The notes: generated by a model not told the origin, from the sequence alone. DNA of 63,004 nucleotides, filler included, from Dugesia japonica (GCA_001938525.1; 5 parts of 5 records of this genome joined end to end with filler, not necessarily neighbours in it), one strand, 5' to 3'. Shown: positions 1-11,106, numbered from the whole stretch's first letter. Numbers and translations are program-made.

Positions 1-181
1 TTTATTAATATTAAATTCATTAATCTTACAAGAGATAATTCGTGGTAAGCCACAGAATTACTACAAATATGAAATGAATTTTTCAAGAAGACTATAATTT
101 GTACTTTCCAGGTAATATTATTTTTTTGATTACTTTTATTATTATTTTGATTTGGTAACCTGTTAAAGTTTAGAAATGTAC

Positions 182-646
182 CTATAGTATGCTCATGACT
201 GAAATAAGTTTGGATGATAAATCCATGCTGAATGAATTGTTTTCGAGAATCAACAAACTAATAGATACATCATCCATCAGCTTAAAGGAAGAGATCACCT
301 ATGACAATTCGAGTAAATTATTGATTAAAGCTGTAATACTCGGATAAAGTGATTGGAAAACAAAGTGGCTCCGATATGAAAAGTTAAAAGTATTAAAAAG
401 ATAGAATAGATTTGATATTTTAATAAATATTTTAATTTGAGCATGTCTTTTAGTTATTATTGATTTACTTATTACAGTTGTCTTATTCATCATGTTCTGA
501 AAATCCATCATCATCACTAAAATCTGTATCTTTGCATGCAATAGTGTAACTCATATTTATCAATTTGATTTCTATAGTATGCTCATGACTGAAATAAGTT
601 TGGATGATAAATCAAGGCTGAATGAATTGTTTTCGAGAATCAACAA
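182..646 (+). repeat. ~75-bp direct repeat pair (182-256 and 572-646)
   Basis: ctatagtatgctcatgactgaaataagtttggatgataaatc..gctgaatgaattgttttcgagaatcaacaa occurs twice with 2 mismatches. Confidence 0.85.
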
Positions 647-744
647 TGTACATTTCTATCATACAAATATGTATAAATCATCTTTGTTCACGTTTTGAAA
701 TGTGCATCCTTCATGCATGTATTGATCATGTCTTCTGCATTGAT

Positions 745-1205
745 TTAGTTTTTCATAATTAAATAATTCAAATCAGAAATCAGACCATTGACTTGAGGTT
801 GATAATCTAATGTTTTGATTCCCACAAAGACTACTTTTCTAGATGAAAATACATTTACACAGATTGGATTGAATTTTGTGTACCCCAGGAAATAATTCAG
901 GTTCAAACATGCATGTAGTTTTTCTTGCAAAATTATATAAATTGATTGAATATTCTAAATTGATAACAATTGTAAGTGACTTAAGTTGAATATTTTTTAT
1001 ATCATATTGTAAATGTTTTCTGTTTCTTACGGTTTCTTATTTAACGGTTTCTTACATCCCATAAGTATACACCTTCCGGATTTGAAGATTACTAAAGTAT
1101 ATTTTTCCGTTTTGTCGACAACTTGTGATGGTCCGCCAACTGGAAAATTCATTTTTTTGTAACCTCTTGTGAAACTCTGCCTCTGTAATTAATATTTGCA
1201 ATCAT
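745..1205 (-). pseudogene. Compact TBP-like (TATA-binding protein fold) gene of Polinton copy 1, frameshifted
   Basis: Manual translation across frameshifts: MIANINYRGRVSQEVTKKMNFPVGGPSQVVDKTEKYTLVIFKSGRCILMGCKKPL / KHLQYDIKNIQLKSLTIVINLEYSINLYNFARKTTCMFEPELFPG / TKFNPICVNVFSSRKVVFVGIK. This matches TBP repeat motifs IFxSGKxVxTGAK (twice) and YEPELFPG. Confidence 0.82.
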
Positions 1206-1264
1206 AATTATGTCAATAAAATTTTTAAAAGTGAATATATACATATACATAAACAATAATTTAA

Positions 1265-1876
1265 TTGATACATTACAACAACAATAATAGAATAAGAAAT
1301 TATGCTCTTTACCAAATTGTAGGTCTAAGCGGAAGTAAGAAAACTCTATTTGTGTTTAAATTATTGAAATCAAAATTCAATAAAATATATTGGCATAGAA
1401 AAGCTGATGAAGAACATGAATTAACTCAATCCGAATTCTGTGATATAAAAATGAAAATTATAAACGGTTTTGCCGAGAATTGGAGCAAGAGATTGACTAA
1501 AGGTAATGTGGTTAATGTTGATTATTTTTACCAGAAAGCAAACAAGGAAAATGATGTTAACCATTTATTCACCAAGGTATCAAAACATTGTAATGTGACT
1601 GTAATATTTATTACTCAGAATCTATTCTATCAAGAAAGTGGACATAGAACTCGTAATTTAAATGTACAATACATGATTTTATTTAAAAACCCAAAGGATT
1701 TGCTGATTTTCTTGCAAGATAAGCATATCCAAACAATAGATAATTTATTCTGGATTCACTCAAAGATGCAACAGTAAATCCGCATGGATATCTTTTTATA
1801 GACTTTACACAACAGATGAACTTAGAGTAATAACTGATATTTTCAATCCAAACGGTGTTACCGTATATAAACAATA
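1265..1876 (+). pseudogene. Polinton A32/FtsK-like DNA-packaging ATPase
   Basis: Degenerate Walker A (IVGLSGSKKT) and Walker B region, LFTKVSKHCNVTVIFITQNLF, LNVQYMILFKNPKD; after a frameshift FLARQAYPN..PHGYLFIDF. Confidence 0.92.
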
Positions 1877-1902
1877 AACGTAATTTCTTATTTCCTTTAC
1901 AA

Positions 1903-2495
1903 ATGGCGAAATTTACTAAAGTGATAGTTGATCAACTCAAGAATAAAATGATTAAACAAGATAAAAATCCAAAAGATTTCAAAACAAATAAAGAAAACAA
2001 CAAAGAAGTCGACAAAGATTGTTTTTAAAAAGAAGTCAACAGAGAAAAAACAATCAAAGAAGCAGTTGAACAAGTTCAAAACACTAACAAATAGCTTTGG
2101 AAAAAAACTATCAAATGTAAATAAAAAATGGATAAAGTTACAAACAAATAACTTACTGTGATATTTAATAAAATTATGAAATTTCAACAAAGTCTTCCGT
2201 ATTTTAATAAATAACTCAAGACTCCAAAAAAGTCTAGAGCAAAAATGTTGCAATTATTTCCATCATTTGTTGTTGACGATTTACTAGAGATTATTGCAAA
2301 CATAGTTCGTGGTAATTTAATTATAAGCAAAGTTAGAAACCAAGCATTGGAAAAACATTAAAAATCATTGGTTACACTTGTGCATAACAAGAATAAGAAA
2401 TTAATGAAGAAAATATTATACAAACAACATGATAGCTTATTGCTGCATTTCTACCTATTGTATTGTCTGCCTTAGGTCTAACAAATTTTGCATAA
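1903..2495 (+). pseudogene. Lys-rich basic Polinton protein with hydrophobic C-terminal peptide
   Basis: K-rich N-terminus, then MLQLFPSFVVDDLLEIIANIVRGNL...KKILYKQH / IAAFLPIVLSALG. Resembles the conserved small Polinton protein (NILKGN...QxGGFL..LLP). A homolog lies at 9500-9930 (-). Confidence 0.6.
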
Positions 2496-2521
2496 ACAAT
2501 ATATCAAATTTGATATAAGCA

Positions 2522-3190
2522 ATGGGAAATTTAGAAGCATTACCTAGAATTAATCCAAGATTTGCATCATATTTTTGTAATTCACAAAATCGAGATGATA
2601 TGAACAGATCCGAAAAATCCACCAGAATTCAAAGGAGTGGAAAAACTATGAAAAACATTACAAAATTCGAAGGACAAGACACAAAGTGGCTATCGGGTCA
2701 ACTAGCGCATGGTCTAAACCAACCAATGTTGAAAAGATTTCCAACAAGTCTCTATAAAANNNNNNNNNNNNNNNNNNNNNNNNNNNNNNNNNNNNNNNNN
2801 NNNNNNNNNNNNNNNNNNNNTAATAAAGGATACAAGTTCATTTTAACATGTATCGATTTGTTTAGAAGATTTGCGAGAGCTGTTCCGGTGAAGTCAAAAT
2901 CTAAAAATTAAATGGAAGCTGCAATCAAGTTAATGTTTGAGGATGGACATCAAGATAATTTACAAACTGACCTGGGAAAGGAATTTTACAACTCTAAAGT
3001 CAAGATTATTATTTCACATCTAAAGATTAACCACTATTCAGTATATTCGCAATCCAAAGCGGCATATGTTGAAACATTTAATCAAACAGTGAGAGATGCG
3101 TTAAAAAAGTACTTTGTGTATACTGTAAATAAAACATGGATACATATGTTACCGAAAAACATTTCACATTTATAATCATACAGATCATAA
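2522..3190 (+). pseudogene. Polinton retroviral-type (rve) integrase
   Basis: NKGYKFILTCIDLF (first D), LQTDLGKEFYN (second D), INHYSVYSQSKAAYVETFNQT (E); in-frame stop at 2909-2911 and an N gap. Confidence 0.93.
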
Positions 3191-3260
3191 TGGATTAAAT
3201 TTAAAAACCTTGAAGATGCAAAATGATTTGGATTTGAAAATTTAAATAACGACATTAAAA

Positions 3261-3560
3261 TTGCAAACACATTTATTTCTTTCAGACGTTATAAACGATG
3301 ATTCAATAGAATCCATAAAAATAAAGTTATTTTGTTCAATAGAAACTGTCAATGTCATTCAGTTTAAAGATGATTTGTACATACTGGAAATGAAGCAGTT
3401 GAATAATTATTTTGCAGAAAATTGTTTTAATATATTTAAAACTCTTTATCTAAACAAGGATGAACCATTTAGATTTTCGATGCTATATAATGTTATAAGT
3501 GTAATATTTGATGGAATCCTAACAAAAACACTTGGATTAATCAAACAAAAGTATTCCTGA
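3261..3560 (+). pseudogene. Possible Polinton minor capsid (penton) fragment
   Basis: Position between integrase and capsid genes; beta-rich open frame ending VIFDGILTKTLGL. Weak motif support only. Confidence 0.3.
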
Positions 3561-3579
3561 AGTGATATAATTGCAACTC

Positions 3580-3850
3580 AATGAGCTATTGAATTCACTG
3601 TACCTAATAAACCGAAATTGTTGAACTAGTATAGTACTAGTCAAGCCGGGAAGAATTACCACATTTTGTTGGAAAACAGTATTGCTCCGGAAAGTTGCAA
3701 ACACGTGGTCGATTTGTTTTGCTTATTCTTAGATGTATTGGAGCTATTGATATGAAAACAGCTCAGATGTAATGTCAAATAATTCAAAACTTTTGCCATC
3801 ATTAAAAGCAAATGCAATGTCTGAATTCACCAATTTTGTAGATTCTGAAG
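3580..3850 (+). pseudogene. Polinton core/pVII-like small protein
   Basis: Across frameshifts: YSTSQAG/EELPHFVGKQYCSGKLQTRGRFVLLILRCIGAIDMKTAQ/VMSNNSKLLPSLKANA. Resembles the Polinton YxxQxGxGLPxF.G..QxGxG..L.R.A.P.L protein. A basic tail probably resumes at ~4460-4550. Confidence 0.6.
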
Positions 3851-4450
3851 AACTTTCAAAAATGATGCCTGTAATTGTGTTTTTAAGCGGATTGAAATTT
3901 TTGTTCTTTGATTGGAACATATTTTTTTAAAATCTTTTATTTAAAAATTGAAGTCACACATTAATCAAGAAATCCTTGTAAATCAAATTAAAGTTTTGGT
4001 AAAAAAAATTATGTGTATTTAAATATTATTTAAATGTATTTAAATATTTTAATAGAAATGATTGTTTATTTAAAAATTTAGGATACAAATATCTTAAAAG
4101 AAATGATTATTTATTTACAAATTTAGAAAATTAATATTTAATAAAAATCGTTGTTTATTTAAAAAGTTAGGAAATTAAAAATTAAATATTTTAATAGCGA
4201 ATGGTTGTTTAATTTAAAAATTTAAGAAATTAAGAAAAATATTTTAATAGCGAATGGTTGTATATTTTAAATTTTAAGAAATAAATATTAAATTTTTTGG
4301 TAAATAATTTCTTATTGAAGCATTGGTTTTAATTTGTTTGAATAAACAAATAGTGATGTTATAGTTTTTATTTAAATAAATTTTATGGAGTTGAATTTTG
4401 ATGTTGATAATCCAATGAGTACTCAAAACTCATCTAACAATACCAAAAAA
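3850..4450 (+). mobile_element. Gypsy 5'-leader fragment inserted in Polinton copy 1
   Basis: 4335-4440 (aataaacaaatagtg..ggagttgaattttgatgttgataatcc..aaaactcatctaaca) matches the reverse complement of 42350-42455, just upstream of the Gypsy gag. It is preceded by ~50-bp degenerate tandem repeats at 4040-4290. Confidence 0.65.
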
Positions 4451-4551
4451 ANNNNNNNAAATCATAAATGTGCTGGAGTTAAACGTAAGAAATCAACAAT
4501 ATCAGGTATAAACAAACGAATGAAAGGCTATGAAACTAGTTTTGAAAAATT

Positions 4552-5760
4552 ATTTGTGGAAAAACTGAACTATGCATTTTTGATCGTCTGTCTCCACAAG
4601 GTAGAGATGAATATGGATCATTTGGAGATGTGTTACCAATGTATTCAATTTCAGAAATGAGAAATGATGTAGAGTTTTTTATAAATGGATCACAAACTGA
4701 TTAACTGGATTTAAATTATACTTTGTTGTATGTACAAGAAAAAGGTGTCGATAAAGTTGGAAAAAACTTTGGTGAAAAGTCTGATGCAGTACCAAGCAGC
4801 TTTATGTTTCATACACTATTGAAAGATATTATCCTTTCATTCAACAATATCAAAATCGAAGGTGGTAACAAAACTCATATTTAAAAGGCTACGATTGAAA
4901 CTGTTTTGAATTATAACGGAGATAGTAAGAACACTTGTATTGCAGCGATTAGTTGTGGGGATAAAGAAGACATACAAAAGTCAATTAAATTATCAAATTA
5001 AATTATTATCAATTAAATTATTGTCACTGTGTAGTTCTTTGTAACTAGATCTCATGGATAAACCAAAATATCTTATTCCTGGTGTCAATGTTCACATTCG
5101 AATGAAAAGAGCAGCCAATAGAATGAGTTTTGAAACGTCAACTGAGAAACTTAAATTTTTATTGCTTGATAAAAATTTAATGGTTAGAAGAGTTTGAGTT
5201 GAATCATCAGTACTAACAGGTCATCAAATTGGATTAAAGAAAAAAATGCAGTATATCCAATAAGAACTAAGGAAATTTTGGCTTATGCAATCAGCAAAGA
5301 TAGTACAACGTTTTATAAGAAGCAAATCTTTGGAGATCGTCGATTGCTCAACGTTTTGCTGGTAGCATTTCAAAGTAGAAATCAATATAATGGTCACTTA
5401 AAAACATCAAGCTTAAATGTCATTCATTTCAAGTCAAATCTATAAATCTATCTAAAAACAGTGATTATCAAGAATCATATACTCAAAACTTCAAAGATGA
5501 TAATTATAGCATATTATACATGCAATCAATAGTTCGAACAATGGGATATCTGAACTAGAATATGAATAGTGGAAAAACACTTCAGGAGTTTTTCAATGAA
5601 TATTCATTCTTTAACTTTGAATTTGCTCTGAATTTTGATATTAATCAGAGTCAATTGCCTCAACAAGGGAATATGAAATTGGATATTTTAAAATGAAATC
5701 CAAATTACATCAAACACAGCTATACTTATGTAAAAAATCTCAATATCATAAAATAGTTAT
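4552..5760 (+). pseudogene. Polinton major capsid protein (double jelly-roll, PY/hexon-like)
   Basis: Not in the ORF track. Manual translation: KTELCIFD..DVEFFINGSQTD*LDLNYTLLYVQ..FHTLLKDI..KATIETVLNY..KYLIPGVNVHIRMKR..LMVRRV*V..GHQIGL../AVYPI..QYNG..QGNMKLDI. Confidence 0.9.
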
Positions 5761-5814
5761 CCGTAAGTAAGTAAGATTTGAATATTTCTTTGATATTACT
5801 TTAATAGTTCNATT

Positions 5815-6140
5815 CAGATAAATCAAATTGCTACAAAATAGCTTGNATCAGAGTTTCTAGGTGTGTATCCATTGGACAAGTTTCCATTTATTGCAGTCAA
5901 TAAAGCCATAATCGTCAATAATTTACCATCAAATCTTGGTGGAGAACATTGGTTAGCAGTGTACAATGAACCAGAAAATATACTGATATACGATCCATTT
6001 GGATTTTATTACCCACCAATATTGATCTCTCATCTGTCAAGATTCTCAAAACCAATTTTGTACAACAGAATTCAGTATCAACAATAGTTAACAACAACGT
6101 GTGGACAGCATTGCTAATTAAGGTTGAAATTTCAAAATTG
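5815..6140 (+). pseudogene. Polinton adenain-like cysteine protease, copy 1
   Basis: FLGVYPLD..IIVNNLPSNLGGEHWLAV..YDPFG..YNRIQYQ..TCGQHC (His/Asp/Gln/Cys catalytic pattern). Confidence 0.92.
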
Positions 6141-6358
6141 TAATGTGTGATTAGATTAAATAAATTTCAAAATAAACCATTTTTAAATAAATGTATTTTT
6201 AAAAATGTGTTTGTTATTTACTTTGTTATTTATTGGTGGATTTTGTTGTTTTATGTCTTCATGAGTAATATAAATGTTATAATTACAATTATTGTGAGAA
6301 TAATTGTTGGACTTAACCATTGGTCACATTTGAGATTTCATTAAAATATGTTCCATGT

Positions 6359-6465
6359 AATATTGATGTTCCCCAATAATATTAACATTAAATATTAATC
6401 TGCCATGGCAATATTAACATTAAATATTTATATGCCCCAGCAATATTAACAATAAATATTAAATT
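6359..6465 (+). repeat. 32-bp minisatellite (~3.5 units)
   Basis: aatattaacattaaatattaatctgccatggc / aatattaacattaaatatttatatgccccagc / aatattaacaataaatattaaa. Confidence 0.75.
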
Positions 6466-6956
6466 AATTTTAAAATTTTTTGATATAATTTCGAATTAAA
6501 ATAATAATAATAATAATACATGCAATAATAACATAATAATAAATAAAATAACAACAGAAAAAATTACAAATATTTTATAAACAAAATTTTCGTTACGTTG
6601 CAGTTTTTATTAATACATTAAATACCTGTGGTTTTATTTTAAAATATTTTTCTCATAAGGAAAATATGAATTCAACACTAGAAAATTATACACAAACAAA
6701 AGAACAATGCATTGTAAATTTATGTAGGATACACGGAGTCATGATAGTTTTGATTATGAATATTACAACTAACTGACTCAATGCCATCGAATAAGACGAG
6801 AGCAAAAGCAACGAATTGCTGATGGATTAAGTCAAAAAAACTTCAAAAATGTACATTTTTATAAATAAATGTTGTTAATTTGTATTATGTTCTCTTTTTA
6901 TTCTTAATATTTTAAGTTTTATTAAATAACCAAGATTTTATTTTCAATAAAAATAA

Positions 6957-7262
6957 TTAATTTTGTTTTTTCAACCATAATAAACAGTGTTGTTCACATG
7001 TTTTAAATGGATTTTGATATTGAACTCTATTGTATACTATAGGTTTCAAGGATTTCGATAAGTGAGACACCAACATTGACGGATAATAAAATGCTAGTAG
7101 ATCAAATAATAGTATGTTTTCAGGTTTATTGTAAACAGCGATCCGATGTTCTCCGCCTAGATTTGATAAATGAGTATTGAAAATTAAGGCTTTATTTACT
7201 GGAATATAACTTGGAAGTTTTTTAACGCCGTATTTCCCAACCTTTTTCTTGCAATGCTCCAC
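6957..7262 (-). pseudogene. Polinton adenain-like protease, copy 2
   Basis: NKALIFNTHLSNLGGEHRIAVYNKPENILLFD..YNRVQYQNPFKTCEQHC; clearly paralogous to 5815-6140 but inverted. Confidence 0.9.
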
Positions 7263-7689
7263 CTCATTAAACGTTAAGGAGATTTTTCCAAGCTTTTAAA
7301 AGAATTAAGTGATATTAAATCAAATATATTTTTAAAAAAACGATACTTTTATAGCAATTTAACTGAAACACTGACTTCAAATTAAAACTAACGAAACGAT
7401 GAAGAGACAGATAAATGTGAAAATTGCAAATTAAAATTATTTGAATGCATCACAGCCACCTTATAATATCATTTCATTGATCTTATAAGCAGAGTCATTC
7501 GTTAAGAGATACGTAGTAAAAATGACGAGAAATATTGAAATAGTGGCCAAATGTTATTTGCACTCCATACTGGATATTTACTTAACTTGAAAGATGATTT
7601 AGAGTTGCCATATGATTAAATTTGGATTCTTTAAAAATTCATTTTTTCAATTGTCACCCTGATCAATAGAATTGCTCTCCTGTGAGGCA

Positions 7690-8885
7690 AGTATTGCGAT
7701 AAAGATCCAAAACATGGGGTGTGAAGGCCTACTGGATACCTGGGCAAGAATTATTGTGATGGGTATGGATGCGTTTAACAAGTTCAGGGATATCCCGTTA
7801 CTAACAACCAAGGACAGACTACGGTGCGCTAACTACAGTTCATTAAGTACCTGAGGAAGACTTGAGGGGGAAGTGAGGATCGGCCATACGACTAGATGAA
7901 TTAATTTCATAGTTGTGGAAAAGGTAACTCCTACCATAATTAGTGGCATTGAGTTGCAGACAAGGTTTGGATTAGAACTATATTGCATAGAAACAGCAGA
8001 AAAATATAATCAAGATCAGATTTTCAATATAGAGCTGCATTTTAGAATGATTATTACAAATGAAGAAAGATGTCAAAAAGCTTTGAGTGAGATAAATACA
8101 TTGGAAAATGGCACGATCAAGGAGTTAATAAGAAATCATTCAAATATCGTTATGGTAGATAAATGGGACATATGATGCACAAAACTGGTGAAGCATAAAA
8201 TAGTAACAAAAGGAGGACCTATAAATGTTAAGCCATGGAGAACACCCATGAACCTAGAGGATAAGTTAAACGAAAGAGTACGTAATCATTTTGAAAATGG
8301 AATTATACGAAAGTGCAATTCAACATGGAACACTCCGTTGATATGTATCTGGAAAAAAGAAAAGAAAGACATTCGTCTCTGTCTCGATTTTTGACAGCTG
8401 AATGCTATTAAGGAAAGACAAGTATTTCCAATGCCAAATGTAGAAGAGGTTCTGGATACATTAAGCGGGTCCAAATTTTTCAGCTCATTAGATTTAGGTA
8501 ATGCTTACTATCAAGTTGAGCTTGAAGAGGAGTCAAAAGATAAAACTGCCTTTTCAACAAAGTCAGGTCAATACTGTTTCAAAGGAATGCCATTTAGCAT
8601 AGCTGCAGAGCCTGGGACATTCCAGAACCTCATGAAAAAGGTTTTAGGTACAACAAAGGGAGCAACGGTGTATTTAAATGATATTCTAATATATTCAGAA
8701 AACTTGGAAAACTATTAAAAAACACTGGATTTTGTAAAATACATCAAGCAGGACTACGTTTAAGTCCGTCAAAATGTTAATTGCTAAGAAAAGAAATCAA
8801 ATTTTTGGGACACATCACAAGTGATAAAGGAGTTTAGACCGATGCAAAATGGTTGCAATACAGACATACCGTAAGGCCAAAATGC
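7690..8885 (+). mobile_element. Ty3/Gypsy pol fragment (protease + reverse transcriptase), decayed
   Basis: LLDTWA (DTG-like), WNTPLICIWKKEKKDIRLCLDF, FSSLDLGNAYYQV, KTAFST, MPF, VYLND(D)ILIYS, IKFLGH. Confidence 0.92.
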
Positions 8886-8889
8886 GTAT

Positions 8890-9500
8890 GTACTCAATTA
8901 TATCGGTTTCTTGATCTTTCTGCAGTAATAAATTTTTCACTTGTTCTTTTCGCTTACAAATTTGTGTAGAACTCTTCTGATCTATGTCCACCATTACCGC
9001 ATCGTTTACACCTCACTTCTTGATATAATCTTCTAATATGGCCAACCTTTCCACAACCAAAACATTTTGTTCGTTTTTCATTTGGACAATCTCGATTTAT
9101 ATGTCCTGTTTTATAACAAGTCCAGCACTCTACCACTTTATTTGTCGGACAATTTACTTTAGTATGACCGATCTTTTGACATGACCAAAATTCGATATTT
9201 TGTTTTTCCTTCCTTTGATCCACATGTCTATTCACTGTATGATTTACCGGTTTCTGATAATTTTACCATATGTTAATAAATATGATAAAAAATGCCATAC
9301 GTAAATGAGCCTGAAAACCTTCAACATTTTTTAACGTTTTGCATATTCTTCAAACAAATCTTCATCTAACAAACACGAGACTAATCTCTCCTGTTTTTTC
9401 ACATGGGTGATGTTTTTAGCTTCAAAATACAATTCACACCGCTATATGAATTTCTCAATATCATTTCCTCTGCAGAACACATTCGGCAATAATCTGAACA
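8890..9500 (-). mobile_element. Ty3/Gypsy gag fragment with tandem CCHC zinc knuckles
   Basis: LLPNVFCRGNDIEKFI..ELYFEAK (homologous to the gag start near 42300); knuckles CWTCYKTGHINRDC, CFGCGKVGH, CKRCGNGGH. Confidence 0.88.
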
Positions 9501-9930
9501 TTATTTATGATAATCCCAAGTAAATCACCTATAACAGGGGTGGGCAATAATTGAAGAGCCAATAATTGAATTATTTTTTTTCGAGAGCCAAACTTAAAAT
9601 TTAAGATGTGAAATAGTAAAAACGGAATACTTATTTCTATTTTAATGTTTTTATATATCCAGTAACACAAGTATACTTACCAGTTTATTGTTTATAATGA
9701 TATTTATTTTCCATTCATCATTTTCGGTTTCTTTCCATTCTTTTTTGTTTTTTATAACGTATTCACTTTTTTATTTTTATTTACACGCTGCTTTTTACAT
9801 ACATTTTACTTATGTGATTGTTTTCTCATTTTCCCATTCATTTTCTTCACAGCGGCTTCTTTCAATGTTTAACAACATCACCACTAGTTACTTGGTCAAC
9901 TAGAAATTTCTTAAATTTTGTATTATAATA
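9500..9930 (-). pseudogene. Lys-rich basic Polinton protein, copy 2 (truncated by Gypsy)
   Basis: K-rich stretch and LQLLPTPVIGDLLGIIINNV, homologous to LQLFPSFVVDDLLEIIANIV of copy 1. Confidence 0.55.
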
Positions 9931-9939
9931 CTAAAAAAA

Positions 9940-10570
9940 TTACCTATTTTATTTAGACACTGTGATTCCACTTGGACTGAATATAAATGATCTTACTTGA
10001 TAGTCTTTTGGACATCATTGTGAAAAGTCGAGAAATAAATATTCATGGGGATTTTCTGTTGCATCTTAAAATGATTACAAAAAATTGTTTTTCATTTGGG
10101 TATGCTTGTCTTGCTAGAAAATGAACAACAGTTTGATCTCTAGGATTTTTAAAAAGAATCAAGTATTGCAATTTTAAATTAAGTGTCCTATGACTAACTC
10201 TTTGATGAAATATATTTTGAGTAATGAATATCACAGTTACACTACAATGTTTTGATATCTTTGTGAATAAATTATTTAAATCCTTTTCTTTATTTACCTC
10301 CAGAAACAGATCATCAACAACAATGACATCACCTGATTTCAATTTCTTGCTTCAATTTTTATCGAATCCATTTATAATTTTCATATTACAAAATTCAGAT
10401 TGTGTCAGGCCATTCTCTTATTCTGCGCCCCTATGCTAGTATACTTTGTTAAATTTAGACTTGAATAAATTCGATTTCCATAATTTACATAGATACCAAG
10501 TTTTCAATTTGATAGACTAAATCATTTCTTAATTTCTTCATTTTGTCTTTTCTTTAATTTATTCATAATT
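9940..10570 (-). pseudogene. Polinton packaging ATPase, copy 2
   Basis: KSGDVIVVDDLF (Walker B), LFTKISKHCSVTVIFITQNIF, LQYLILFKNPRDQ, FLARQAYPN. Confidence 0.92.
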
Positions 10571-10652
10571 TAGTACATTGTTTATATTATTTTTAACGAA
10601 CCAATAAAAATAACTCCATCAAAATCCCAATGTTCCTCATTAAGTCATTAAT

Positions 10653-11106
10653 ATTATAACCAATATTAATTACAGAGACCAAGTGTCGCAAGAAATAAAA
10701 AAGAAAATCAGCTTTCCTATAGGTAAATCGTGTCAATTCAAAGTTTAAAGTTACAAGTATACAATTATATTCTTCAGAACAGAAAAATGTAAAATAATGG
10801 GGTGCAAGAAACCTTTAGAATCGCATGTTTAGAACCCCTATAATATTAAAAATATACGATTACAATCGCTAACAATTGTCGTAAATATAGGAATTTCAAA
10901 AAGAATCGTATAAATTAGCAAGAATAATCAACTTTTGGTTTGAATCAGAGTTATTTCCTGACTTAAGACTGGTAAAATATGACCCTTTCTGCGTAAATAT
11001 GTTCTAAATAGGAAAACTAGTAATACCTGGACTTAAAAATATGAATTTTGAAGGTTATTTGGATAACATTACTTCAGATTTATTTAATTTCATTGAAAAA
11101 ATTTAG
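10653..11106 (+). pseudogene. Compact TBP-like gene of Polinton copy 2
   Basis: Not in the ORF track: ITNINYRDQVSQEIKKKISFPIGKSCQFKV*SYKYTIIFFRTEKCKIMGCKKPLE..YNIKNIRLQSLTIVVNIG / YKLARIINFWFESELFPDLRLVKYDPFCVNMF*IGKLVIPGLKNMNFEGYLDNITSDLFNFIEKI*. Co-linear with 745-1205. Confidence 0.82.

Larger units (their letters stand above)
745..6140 (+). mobile_element. Polinton/Maverick relic, copy 1 (TBP-like, ATPase, basic protein, integrase, core-like protein, MCP, protease); termini not seen
   Basis: Co-linear cluster of hallmark Polinton genes, all with stops or frameshifts. Confidence 0.92.
6957..11106 (-). mobile_element. Polinton/Maverick relic, copy 2 (inverted relative to copy 1, interrupted by Gypsy pieces)
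   Basis: Same gene order (TBP-like divergent from ATPase, then basic protein ... protease) on the opposite strand. Confidence 0.8.

Noticed and set aside
745-1205. Host TBP gene or processed pseudogene
   Set aside because: Far more divergent and shorter than any cellular TBP core, and present twice in the same position relative to a Polinton ATPase.
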